Below, in pieces: positions 39,820-52,137 of a stretch of DNA of 64,000 bases. The DNA comes from Parasitella parasitica NRRL 2501 (Eukaryota; Fungi; Mucoromycota): the NCBI GenBank assembly GCA_025201805.1, contig MU619262.1:197817-261816 (forward strand), given 5' to 3'. The number at the start of each line of letters is the position of its first letter. Within the stretch, counting starts at the first letter, position 1. Both the position numbers and the translations under genes were made by a program. The notes beneath the pieces were generated by a model. It saw only the letters and a list, made by a program, of their open reading frames with translations. It did no database searches and was not told where the DNA came from.

Positions 39820-42029
39820 ATGAGTCAGCCATGGAATCAACTCGATGAGCAGCAAGTAGCAGAGACAAGTAAGTATTCTTTAAAGTTGGTAGTTTCACTT
39901 TTGATGTTTAGTCAAATCACTAGTCAGAGACAGCAGAGCAAGTCAACTGCAATCCTGTAGGCAGCGTATAGCATTATTCAAAGGACTGCAAGTAGACAAT
40001 TACGAAGAGAGAGTGCTGGCATTGGAGAAGATCATTCAAGTTGTCAGATCTTTTGTCCGCAGCTCGCTTTCGCCCAGTTCAAATACAACATCGCCTTGCT
40101 TGAGTGATTCGCCTGTACATATTTTACACCTTTATGATCAAGACGATGAAGAGTACAGCGAACAGCTTCTTTATTACCTGCTAACAATACTGCGACTGGC
40201 TTACACTTGTCCTTACTCTGATGTAAGACAAACATTCCAAGAAGCATTAACTACCTTAAAAGTGAGTGCTATTTTTACTATGTGCATGTCATGGGTCATT
40301 TATGCAGCCTTATATATAGGAAACCGCAGGCATTGTTATACCAAAACCTCGATATAAATCGCCTTCTCACTTTATTCCATTGTACGATATTTTCTCTCTC
40401 GAGTCAAGCACTTCCTCATCATCCAATCATGTTATTTATCCTCGTTCTTCAAATTTATCTTTTTCACCATGGTCTATAAACTCCTGTGATAATGATCAAC
40501 ACACTATACATACGCAACCGAACAACAGCAATCCAAGTATACCAAAAATCGTGCAGGATTACACGGGTGGAAGGCCCTCCGACGAATATGTGCGTCAAAT
40601 GATGGTAAAGACTTTTACTGATGAAGGACGGTTAGCAAATCTATTTCGCATCTTGTCTTTTTTCCCGACTTTTTATGAAGTATTCCACGTAACTTTTACC
40701 AAGTTACTCAAAGGGTCTATGGGTCCATTGAATCGCATATGGAAATCCTACATTGGGTTGATGGTAGCTTCAGAACAGCAATGCCAATACCTGGTTTCTG
40801 CCATGAAGATTGACTTTTTATACAACGGTGGTGATCCCAACTGGCTTATTGGGTTGGACTATGTGCCCAATAAATTGCGCAATATCTCTGCATTGATCCT
40901 GAAATTGGCACGACAGCCATGGCGCCTGAATTTAGATGATGTCAGCCATTTATTGGCGGGAGGAAGCTTCGGTGATGCTTGGAGTAAAGGAGAACTCGTG
41001 CAGGTTACATTGATCATCGGTACCTTATTAGGTTTATCCAGCTTTATCATGGGTTGTGGAATTGTTCCTGAAATTGACATGACTGGTGGATTCGGTATTT
41101 CAGTCCAGCAACAGGTTTGTGGTGGCATTGAGACGGAATTGGATTTACCAACGATTCATTTTGATAATGAATCACTCAGACAGCACGAATTCCAAACAGA
41201 TCATGGTGCAGGACTGGGCCTATCAACTGCCAGTAAAGACTTGGCCGACACGGAAAGGACAACCAAAGAGCTAATACATAGGTTAAAGGCTAAAAAGAAT
41301 TGTGCCATCAAAGAGCAAATACTAGAAAGCTTTGAGAAGATGAAGATTTCAGACGATGGACCACCCAAAATAACTGTCGATACCAATTTAAGCCCTGAAA
41401 CACCTAGCGAAGAAGATGATCATACTACTAGCGATATCATCAATGTTATTTTTGAAGATCTGCAGCGCTTTGTAGAACCAACGTTAAATGACAGCATTCA
41501 ATTAGAAAGCTTCAATTCAGATACTGAAGAATACTTTATGCTGGGAGACTATTGCTGGGAGGACCATGGATGTGATTTAGCCAACCATTACTTACCTGGC
41601 ATTGGAGATGACCTAGTTACTGAATTTCAAGAAGCTCAAACCATCACGGATTGGAGGTAAGAAAGCGCAGATTGCAGAAAAGCATGACATTTATAGCTAT
41701 TTATGCACTGTAGCATTTTTCATCCTGTGGCGGAGGATATCGTGGATACAACACCTCTAAGAAATGCAATTTGGTATTATACTCAAAAGATGATGGGTGT
41801 TACCAAAGAAGATTACACGTATGCTGATATTCCAACCTATTTAAATGATCGTACCACCCAATACATCCAGGATCTCTGCATGTCCCCGTACAAAATTCAA
41901 AAGTCTGATTGGGTCAACATTGGCATCGTTCTCCGCCCCGAAGAGAAATGCCATGTTAACCTGCTGGTAGCCTCTGCACGAAAACAAGCAGTTTTATGCC
42001 AAGGATTAAGCATAATTTCTGAGCTTTGA
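39820..42029 (+). CDS. SESN: Sestrin homolog (4 exons)
   Basis: GPL..WKSYIGLMVASEQQCQYLV, GGDPNWLIGL..VPNKL, WSKGELVQV..LSSFIMGCGIVPEID, DYCWEDHG, VDTTPLRNAIWYY and EKCHVNLLV..ARKQA. Introns 39869-39923, 40262-40319 and 41657-41712. Confidence 0.93.
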
Positions 42030-42215
42030 GACGTCTTCTCTCGAGGTATCGATTCACATGAATAAAACTTGACGGCATTTGAGTGAAATAGAACTCATTT
42101 ATGTATAAATTGACCCATTTTCATTATCGTTTATATTTAGAATCCTTTCAGTTTAAATTAGTTTGTGTAATATTATGATAGTGATCATATAATCCAGAAC
42201 ACCTATATACTCCCC

Positions 42216-42270
<55 letters not shown>

Positions 42271-42317
42271 TTGTCTTTGTACATTTCATTCTTTTCTTTA
42301 CGTTTACATATACAGAC

Positions 42318-43393
42318 ATGAAAATATCTTTACTTTTGGCTTGTTTTGTAGCCATTATTGCCATTTCCTACGTTCAAGCTGACGCCCTTCAAGATGAAAT
42401 TGATGCTGCCTTGAAAAAATTTTGTGGTGGCATTGCCGTTACTGGCCCTACAAAGGGACAAACATTTACCAACCCCAAAAAGATCAAGGTGACAGTCAGT
42501 AAAGTATCCCTGCTTTGTGGCTCTGCTTTATACTAACATTTCTTGTAATAAAATAGCCAGAAAGCCCAATGCTCAGGCCAAGGTTATCAACGGTGTTGAC
42601 GTACGTTTATAATACAAAAACTATCACGTAGAATATGTTTATTCACATTTAATACCATAGGCCTACTCTATCGACAGCAAAGGAAAGGCTACTTATCTCA
42701 ACACTGTTTGGAAGGGTTCTTACAGCTTAAATGAGAAGGCTACGTTAACGTATGGAGACTTGGGAAATCGCATATGCACGTATACTAATGTCCTTTGTCT
42801 ATTAGTGTTGATTTAACAAAAGCAACAAAGGCCAAGTTCCCTGGACAATTTGAATTCCGGTAATTAAGCACTTGCCATATAATCTTTCGAAGGTATAACA
42901 GGGTTTTAACTAAAAATAACCATTGCATAGTGTTTGGGTTCACAACAAGGCAGGTCCCGATTGTACTTTGATGTCCAAGGTCTTCAAGGCCAAGTCCTCT
43001 TCTCATTCCAATGCCGTTGAAGAGTCTGAATACAAGAATTTGAGCGAAAACATTGACCGTGGATGTTTTGGTGTTGAATTAATTGACCCTAAGCTCGGTG
43101 GTAAAGTTACTGCTGATGAAGATTTCTCTGTCCAAATCAAGCGTGACACTGCTGCTCACACTGAATATCTGACTAGTCTGGAACTTTACAACATCAATTT
43201 GGAAACTCGTGATTCTAGCAAGGTTCATGTCTCCTGGACTGGTAAAGAAATCATTAATAACATGATGAACATTAAAGATACCATTCCCGCCTCTGCCAAA
43301 GCTGAAAACACTGCTTTCTATTACAAGTTAAGCGCCACTACTCAGCATGAGGAGCCTTGCGAATTCTTTTCGCATCCTTTCTATCTCGATTAA
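42318..43393 (+). CDS. Secreted protein of unknown function with two tandem beta-rich repeats (5 exons)
   Basis: Signal peptide MKISLLLACFVAIIAISYVQA. Introns 42499-42556, 42601-42660, 42750-42804 and 42859-42930 give a continuous frame. Confidence 0.85.
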
Positions 43394-43830
43394 ATAGATC
43401 AAGTGAAATTTAATAAAACATGCTGTACATCTTTACTTGTTTAACTATTGAATGGCACTGTAATTAGTTTCTGTAGACCATGCTAATTTATGAATTGTTC
43501 TTATTTAGCGAGTGAAAGTGTAACGTGGCCATGAGCACCATTTTTGATTATTTGGATTTTTGAGCTCCTGTGAATTGGCTTAATCTTTAGAATTACATTT
43601 ACAATAACTTTAGAAATTCTATGCCATTAAAATTTACAAGTCTAATTTCATCTGATGATTCATTACGACAAGTTAAAGTGCATTTGAAGACAACAATGGT
43701 ATCAAGAGCAAATTGAAGTTGTTGCCAAGAGTGTGATATAGAATAAAAATCAAGGTAAATTCCATTCGTCCATTAGTAATTGATCCGAGTAATATATGCT
43801 GTCGTTCACACACTGTTTTATTATTCACGC

Positions 43831-44843
43831 TTAATCCCAAATCAATTGGCCGTGTTCATTAATTCCAGCAGTAGAAGTGGGCAATTTTGATGATCTTTGT
43901 TGTTGGCCATTTTTACCCCAAGAGGTGTTCTTTCCTTTGCCAGAGGAATAGAATTCTTGAATTCTAATCTTTTCTAATTCCTTTTGATGTTTACGAAGTC
44001 TTTCCTCTTGTAATGCATCGGCAGTAGCCTTTTGCTGCTTCTTTTTTTGCTGGCGAGCCAAGTTTTCGCGCTGCTTCTTGTCTAAACCAGGAATATTGTT
44101 ATCAAATTGGCCTGCGTTGATGGCAGCGTTTCTGTCGATAGAATTTTTAAAGGATGCATTGCTGGTTTGAGGATGACGACCTAAGTGGGATCAATTGAGT
44201 GCTAGGGCATCCAGTCATGCTCTTTATAAAACCTACTTTTGACTTGGCTCCAGCCTTCTTCGGCTGGAACAGCTTCCCATTCCTCCTCCTCCTCTTCAGC
44301 CTTGATGCGCATTACACGGGCATAATTGGCAGTAGGATCCATGTGATCGTCAATCTCCTTTACTTTTTCTAGCTCATCTTTCTCGATACTTGGTAAAGGC
44401 TTCTTGTCCTCCTTGTTCTCGATAGCAACATCATTGTCCTTGTCTTCTTTATTGGTGGGCTCTTTCTTTTCTTCTTCTTTAGAAGAAATGGGTAGCGGGG
44501 CAAGTTCCTCCTTTTTTGCATTTTTTCTCTTTCTTAGTTGTTGCTTTTGTTGAGATTGTGCAGTATCCTTGGTTGTATTGTCTTGCACAGCATTGGAAGA
44601 GGCTGCTTTAGTCTTTTTGTTGCTTTTTTTTTTGCTGGATCTTTGTGGGGATTCTTTTGAAGCTTCCAACAAGGCCTTCTTTTCCCTCTCTTCAGCAAGA
44701 GCCTTTTTTCGCTTTCTTGCCTCGTATTCGACATCATCTAATAAAGGCTCCTTGTCAGGCCCACCAGTTAAATACACAACAACCACAGGGAATGCAGCAG
44801 TCAGAATCCAACCCAGGATTCGAAGATATTCTGTAAAATCCAT
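43831..44843 (-). CDS. Hypothetical protein with an N-terminal membrane anchor and Lys/Glu-rich body (2 exons)
   Basis: MDFTEYLRILGWILTAAFPVVVVYL is the TM segment. Intron 44181-44236. C-terminus LDKKQRENLARQQKKK..LIWD. Confidence 0.8.
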
Positions 44844-45110
44844 TTTTTTAACCCGATAATGAAGAAGAGATTGGAGAGAGAGAGGGAGAAGAAGAAGAAG
44901 AGAAAACACGATACTCTGCACACCAAACGAATGATAAATGGCATCTCAGAGATCGCCTCTTCAATGCAATGACGTGTAACATTAAAATCTGACTAAAGCA
45001 GTTGCCTCTCAAGACCAGTGAGCGACTTGCACTCAATTAGGCACAAAAGACATACATGCGCATGTATACGTATGTACTGATTCTATTATAATAGTGAATG
45101 TATGGTATAG

Positions 45111-46269
45111 TTATTGTTCTCGAACTGAAGGCTGCTCTTTGTCTCGCTCAGATGTTGACTGAGACCGGGGGCGAGGTAAATAGAGGCCATGAGCGTGTAT
45201 GTAATCAATGACAGGATTAGGCAGCAGGTATTTGATTGACATGCCTCTTTTCACAAAAAGTCTAATCTTTGTTGAACTAATGTCGTTGTGAATCAACTGC
45301 TTGATGACAGTAACGTTCATCTGATTGAGAAATATTAGCTACAGGTGCACCGCGCAGTGCAGACTTTACTCACTCTATGTTGGTACAATATATCGTGCGA
45401 TAATAAAAACCCATACACATCCGTGCCTGTTCTCTCGATAATGACGCTACCATAATGACCTACAATATGATGCAGCTTTTGACACTCTATTAGACGGCCA
45501 AGATATGCACTAGAACCAAGACAACTTACATCTTCAGGCGCCCAAACACCAGGATGGCCAAAAGAGGCTATCAAATCACCACCAGCCAACAGCATGATTC
45601 GAATCGTGCGTCTCTCGCCTTGAAAATGCGCATCATGAATACTGTACTCTTAGGTCAAACGAATACCTCACATACCTGATGCTGTCAAAATCCCGCCGCC
45701 GACAGTGTTCAATTCATGATCGAAATGGTCAAGCACAACGGCGGTTCTCTGGTACGTTGTCTGACGTGGTTCCCATGAATCGACCATCAGCCAATCCGAC
45801 GTTGTTTCCACAGCCAATTGACACATTTTTACACGATCCTCTGCTTTTGCTAATCCTTCCTTCATATAGTAATCAGAAACAGGAGAATAATACCCAGTCA
45901 GCAATTCGAATTCATTTCTTTCCTTGAAATGATCTTGAGCCATTTCTGTTTTTTTTTTTTTTTTTTTTTTTNNNNNNNNNNCAAGTTAAATGTTGTCAGT
46001 CGTCCAGAAATAAGCTTACCGAACATTCTCAAATGGAGATAAGTGACAGGCGAGAATGAGCCACATGCAACTAAAACTAGAGGGATTTTGCTGTCATCTA
46101 CAAGATACGTTAGTTGCCAGAAGGTTTCCTTCAAAAAATCCCACTTGCCTTTCATCACTGTTGGTAAAAAATGGCGAGGAAATTCATAAGCTGCGTTGAA
46201 TGAAAGAGGAGATAATTCGTACGGTGTCGATACTCTAGTGATTGAAGTTATATCCTCGCTAGGCTCCAT
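45111..46269 (-). CDS. NMA1: Nicotinamide/nicotinate mononucleotide adenylyltransferase (6 exons)
   Basis: ACGSFSPVTYLHLRMF, YYSPVSDYYMKEGL, WLMVDSWE, MLLAGGDLIASF and NDISSTKIRLF. The first intron (46098-46148) is GC-AG. Confidence 0.95.
45972..45981. other. Assembly gap (N run) in NMNAT intron 2
   Basis: N bases. Confidence 1.
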
Positions 46270-47573
46270 TCTTGTAAAGTAGGGCAGTAGTGTATATGAA
46301 TTACTGGAAGAAAAAGGGAAATATCGTATGGACGCCCATTAATCTTTCTAAATCAGCTGAGAAATCAATTTTATGAATTTTCCCGCAATTATGGTACGAA
46401 AAGATTTTACATCTTTAAAATAGTAGTATCAAGATCTTGGTATAAAATAATTGGATATTTTGGCGTCAACAGTATAGCAGGAGCTTTATCAATGCCATGT
46501 ATTGTAACTGCTTGCGATTGAATCAAGCAGTTTGCTAATTTATATGAGGTTCAAGCCTGGTATACATTTTGCCTTAGATGAAACCTGCTCAGAGAAAAAG
46601 ATGGATATAATAAGCCTCCTTTTTTTTTTATCTTTTAGATGTGCTAAGTACGAATATTTTTCAATGTTGTAAGAATGCGCTGTCAAGCATGCAGCAGTAT
46701 ATCTTTTATCAGGATTGAGGTAAGGTTATCATGTACCGAATGTATACAAATACGTAAATACAATGCAATGATGATTCAAAGATATATGAACTTTGCAAGA
46801 TTTGTGTAAAGCATTGTAATTTTATTGAACAAAGATGATTACCATGGATTAGCAATTTTTCACCAAGGTGTGTATTAGTCGAATACGGCCAATAAAATAC
46901 AATTTAAGACAAAAAAGAAGCATATTAGTCGGAATAGCCATTTTAGTCCGAAATTGATATCAATTGCCTTTTTAATTAACGGTGAAAAGAAACCACATTT
47001 TACTTGAAATGTCTACCATTAGATGCACAGTTAAATGTTCTGCGACAGTTTTCAGAGCAATTATTAAAATTATTAATGAAAGAGTGGAGAAATTCATTTT
47101 TCTAATAAACCGAGTCTTGTCAGAAGATTAAAAGTGAAAACAAGGCATTAAATGTTTGGAAGAAGCATTCCTTTAAAAGAGGTGAGGTCATGATCCAATC
47201 GCATACATAAGCTAAATGCTAATTTCATCGTATGCTAGATGAGCTCTATATTGTCTGTACAAGATTGATACATACTGTCAGATTGCACAGTTTAGTTTTA
47301 CTCGGCAAAGGACCCGATGCTGACATTTCATCACTATAAGTATTAGAACAAACACACTATGACACAGCAAGAAAAAGAAAAGGCAATTGTGTTTGAACGA
47401 TGCACTAATAAAGGAGGAATCAGCTTTTTGCCGTAGCTGTCGCAATCTCGGGGGCGGAAAAGTAAAATAAAACCAAAATATTGTGGAAATTTCAAAAGCG
47501 TTCCTCTTCCTTTTTGTCATTATTATTCTTCTTTTTATATATACATATCAATCAACCCTTCGTATTGTTTAAA

Positions 47574-48357
47574 ATGGCAAAAGGTAAGGTTTCCTGATAT
47601 TGGGTTAATAAAATAAGGGGGAGGGAAATTGTATAAAGAACAAAGCGGGAAAGGATAATGTTAAATTACGACTTTGCGAAAAAAGACAAAAAAGAAACAC
47701 CAAGAGGCGGCTGGGTGTTAGCCAACATGTTTCCACAAGTTTTATGCTAATACGCGTATTATTTCCATGATAGTTCCTCGCAACTTTCGTTTATTAGAAG
47801 AACTTGAAAAAGGTGAAAAAGGAATTGGCGATGGTGCTTGTAGCTATGGATTAGCTGACGACGACCTTCTTATGCACAAATGGCATGCTACTATCCTCGG
47901 TGCTCCTCATGTAAAAAACCAAGGATAATTAGACCACCACTCAAGACTACAAACTGACGTATTTATATTGTTTATTATAGTCAGTCCACGAGAATCGCAT
48001 CTACAGCTTAAACATATGTTGTAGTGATGATTATCCTGACAAGCCTCCTTTGGTTCAATTTGTATCCAAAATTAATTTGCCTTCGGTCGACCCTAAGAGC
48101 GGAAAGGCAAGTTTGAATAGAAAAAAAAAGGGGGGGGGGAAGAGAATAAATGCTGATTACGACCATGAATAGGTTGATTGCGCTCGTTTGCCTTGCCTTG
48201 CCCAATGGAAGCACAACTATACAATTGAGACTGTCTTGACTGAATTGAGAAGGTATGAGGTACATTTGAATGAATGTCAGATTCTGATTGACTTTGTAGA
48301 GAGATGGCTACTCTTGGACGCAAGCTGCCTCAACCCCCTGAAGGTGCAACATATTAA
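47574..48357 (+). CDS. MMS2: Ubiquitin-conjugating enzyme variant Mms2/UEV1 (5 exons)
   Basis: MAK|[41 protein letters not shown] and [11 protein letters not shown]. Intron 48107-48172 is GC-AG. Confidence 0.96.
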
Positions 48358-48787
48358 TCAATACTATACACATCAACATGAATACTTGAAATAAACACAT
48401 TTTTATACGCTAAGCGAGAGCTTGAGATTGCATACATGTCAATGGACACCCCCAAAACAATAGAGTGAAAGGGGAGCTCACGTTTTCACAATGGGTGTTC
48501 ACCCTTTGCCATTATTTCAGACTACACAGATTTATTCAAAACTTGACCTCTCTCATTGAACGATTGAACTGTTTTTGCGATTAAATGAATTTTATTGTGT
48601 TTTGGTTTGATATTTATATATATAAAAAGTTTTGGGGTAGGAGACATATTGGGAATTTAATACACATATATGTTTAAATGTATGAACACAAGATTTTTGG
48701 TTGTTTGTTGTTGTTGTTGTTGCTGACTATTTACAGTTGTATGTGTGTCACAAGATGATGAAACAAGAAGGAAGCAGGAAGCCATCT

Positions 48788-48979
48788 TCAGACCCTTTGT
48801 GCTGAAGAGTCCATTCGCTGCTCGTATGAAGGGACAGCTTTTCTTGCTCCACGATAGTTGATACGAACTTCATGCATTAAAGGGCTTGCTGCCAATTCAG
48901 CATCAAACACAGGTAAAGCCTGGCCAGTCGCAATGAATGTTATCAAGAATAAAGCAGTAATTTGGAAAAGACGGTTCAT
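48788..48979 (-). CDS. Small secreted peptide (63 aa)
   Basis: ATG start and signal peptide MNRLFQITALFLITFIATGQA followed by LPV. Flanked by UTR-like low-complexity sequence. Confidence 0.6.
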   Translation of the reverse strand: MNRLFQITALFLITFIATGQALPVFDAELAASPLMHEVRINYRGARKAVPSYEQRMDSSAQRV

Positions 48980-50593
48980 TTGGAATATAAGAAAAGAAAG
49001 AGAGATATCTGTAACAATTTCAAATTGGGGTGAGTATTTATGTGGTTGCTATGTGTAACAAACACCTATAAAAGGGAGCCTCCCCTCTCAAGTATCACAA
49101 TCTATACTCATGACGCGCCACCTCTGGCTTGCCAGACGATGTGACTCAACCGTTAATGTTTTTCAATGAATGCATGATTCAGTCATTTGTAGGATTCGTG
49201 TAAAAAAAACGTGATCATTTCTTACATACCGACTACAAAGATACGATTTTTTTTATAGTATCAAATCTTGAAAGACGATGCCCGGAAACTTATTTCCGAA
49301 GGTTAGCAGTGGGACAATATGTACCGTTGTTATTACCCACTCTCAGTACGAATCATTTATGGATATTAGGCAAACTTTACTTTTCAAAATTGATAAGAAA
49401 TTTCAATGCTATCAGATAATGGCCATTTACTTTGATAATATCACAGCATATATACCCTATGATCCTTACGCATCTCATTGTACTGTATGGTAATCGCCTC
49501 CTATGCAATCTACCTGTAATGTACGTATGTCTTAATCCTAAAAAGGCACAATTACACTCATTATGATGAAATGCAACAAAAGGGGTAAATTGTCTGTTGT
49601 TTGAAGAAAATGAAATACGGCGTAAGCTCGCATTAGTCACAGTTTGATTCAGCTCCTTTTTGTTCCGTGATGAATACAAACTATCAAGGTATTAGATTAG
49701 TCATTGGTTCATGTACGACGAACAGCTTTTCAATGCCCCAGGTTACTTTGTACAGACCTCAACTTTTGATATTGTTGTGCTGATGGCATATTCTTGGTTG
49801 CTTTCTCAACTTTTTGATTTTAAATATTTCTGTAAAACCTTGGATTGATTGGCCATGTACGTAAGCCTTATTTACAATCGCAGTGTTTGCAAAATGTTAT
49901 TTAGGGTGAGATTAAGTTGTGGAATAACATGTCTAATATGCGGATAATTAATATAATACCAACTGCTTGCTTTTATTTGCATTATTGTTATCAAACCTAA
50001 ATATGAATGTTTATCCATATTATTTATTATTTAATCGATCTGACCAACGATAGTCCAGGTATGAAAACAGTGTTGTTATGGCAGAGCTGCATCTTAATAT
50101 TGACAAAGCAGACTTGGCAATGAAAAGAATTTGAAGCGCAAAATGCGTGGAAAGTAGAAAACAATGAAATCCTTGGCTTCCTCGTATATATCGGTGCACG
50201 TTTCAAGTCGTTTTTGGGATGTTTTAGGACGGTTCAAAAGCGGCTTGAACCAAGTAAAATTTAGATGATAATCGTCATATAAAACTAGCTGAAATTGAAG
50301 CCATCGATAGCATATGTCAAGAGCGTTGTACGTCTGCTACCTAAGCATTAACTTTGAAAATACAAGTGGCAAGGTTTAAAATAATCATGAGATGTCTATA
50401 TTAAAAAAAAAACTGATTCTAATCCATGGCAGATGGCAGAAGCTAAAACTTGAAGCTGATTTAATTAGAGTTGCTGTGTTCTCGTCTTTAGCCAAAAGAT
50501 TGTTACGAGGATTGAATGTGACCTTTTTTAAACTGGAAGCCTTGATTCATCTTTGCAGCAATCCACGTCTTTTGTTTTTTCAAGACTTGGAGT

Positions 50594-51208
50594 ATGGCAT
50601 CACCTGGAGAGGCAGCATACAAATTGGCCAAAGAAGCAAAACGCTCGGCAGACTTGACGGTTGCACCATACAATGACGACCTCGTTCAGAGCATTTGCCG
50701 AGAGATTCGACTTTTACACAATAGAGCCAAAGAAACTGTCAACACGATGAAATCAGACGAATCAGGCACTGCAGTGAACAATCCAAGCAATATGTCGCAA
50801 GTCATGCTGTATCATTTATCGGTAAAACGAAATAAAAGAGTACTGTTTGCGTATCATCGGCAACGGGTGAATAAACTGAAAGATATCCTATGGAACGTTG
50901 GCTTAAACTCAAAGTATCGCAGGGAAATCCTTGCCAGTTTAGGACCAAATGAACAGAAATTTCTAGATGAATATGGAGAATTAGTGAATTCTTATAAACA
51001 AAGCTTCTTGGAGGTGGACATTGGTGGACCCAGTGGAGGCGGATTAGATCCACCCGTTGATTTGTTTATTGAAGTGCGTGTTTTGCGAGATGCAGGAGAA
51101 ATCAACACAGAGTACGGCTCACTAAATCTGTCAAAAGGAAACCAGTTCTATGTGAAAAGAACCGACGTTGAATCATTGATTAAAGCTGGATATCTCGCCC
51201 ATGTATAA
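50594..51208 (+). CDS. PSF1: GINS complex subunit Psf1 (intronless)
   Basis: GEAAYKLAKE, PYNDDLV, RNKRVLFAYHRQR, DPPVDLFIEVRVLRDAGEINTEYG and RTDVESLIKAGYL. Confidence 0.95.
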   Translation: MASPGEAAYKLAKEAKRSADLTVAPYNDDLVQSICREIRLLHNRAKETVNTMKSDESGTAVNNPSNMSQVMLYHLSVKRNKRVLFAYHRQRVNKLKDILWNVGLNSKYRREILASLGPNEQKFLDEYGELVNSYKQSFLEVDIGGPSGGGLDPPVDLFIEVRVLRDAGEINTEYGSLNLSKGNQFYVKRTDVESLIKAGYLAHV

Positions 51209-51277
51209 ATAAGCAAAAATAACAAAAATAAAATATCCATCACCATTGTATGTAGTTTTTATTATGTATACATGTGT

Positions 51278-51865
51278 TTACTCTTCGGCTGCTGTTAAGG
51301 GCTGTTTAAAGAAATCCTTTTCGTGCTGTGTCTTTTCCTCTCTTGTCTTGTTGGCAAACCCTCCCTTTAATCCGCCTGAAGCCTCGTACGCATACATGGT
51401 AGCTCCAACAGCAGCGCAACCAGCGCACATTTTGGCAAATGAGTGACCTACGCAAATGTCAATATGCTGCTTTGGCTGATGCTCGACGCTTAAAAAAAAT
51501 AAAAAAAAATAAACACTCACTCTTGATGCCAGCCAACATGCCAGCTGCACAGCCACCAACAGCAGCGTTGATGGCATCATCTTGCTCACGAATACCCTTT
51601 GCTGCACACTCGCCAAGAGAGAAAATACCGCCCATAGCAGCTGTTTTCATACAATTAGTTGAAAATGCCATGTTTTCGCTTTTTTTTTTTTTTTTTTTCT
51701 ATTACCAAAGAAAGCAATAGTGCCACCAGTTCTAGTGAAAACACCTCTAGCGCCAGTTGTGTGCTTTTGAGCTGTGTTTTGCATAGTAGATACAAAAAGA
51801 CCGATACCGCCTGCAATACCAGCGGTTTTACCAGCTTCAACAATGCAATCCTTCGAGTTGGTCAT
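51278..51865 (-). CDS. NDUFA11: Tim17-family complex I accessory subunit (NDUFA11/B14.7-like; 3 exons)
   Basis: GLFVSTMQNT..GVFTRTGGTIAFF|AAMGG..IREQDDAINAAVGGCAAG. Confidence 0.85.
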
Positions 51866-52137
51866 ACTTTTTTGATATTAGTTTTTTTTTTGTTTAGGTA
51901 CAAGGAAATCAAAAATTTAAACAGAAAGAAGCGGGGTGATTCAAATTGGAAGCAGCCAACCCCCTCCCTCACCATTAAAACAGAATCATAGAGATTCTTA
52001 GGAATACGTCACTGGGTCTATTGATCATCCGAAGCTGCTAGGGACACACTACATCCAACTCTTTTTTGTCTTCCATTCAAGAGGCGCAGAAGGCTGCGAA
52101 AAGCTTTTTTCAAGTTGTTTATAAACATTTTTTCATC

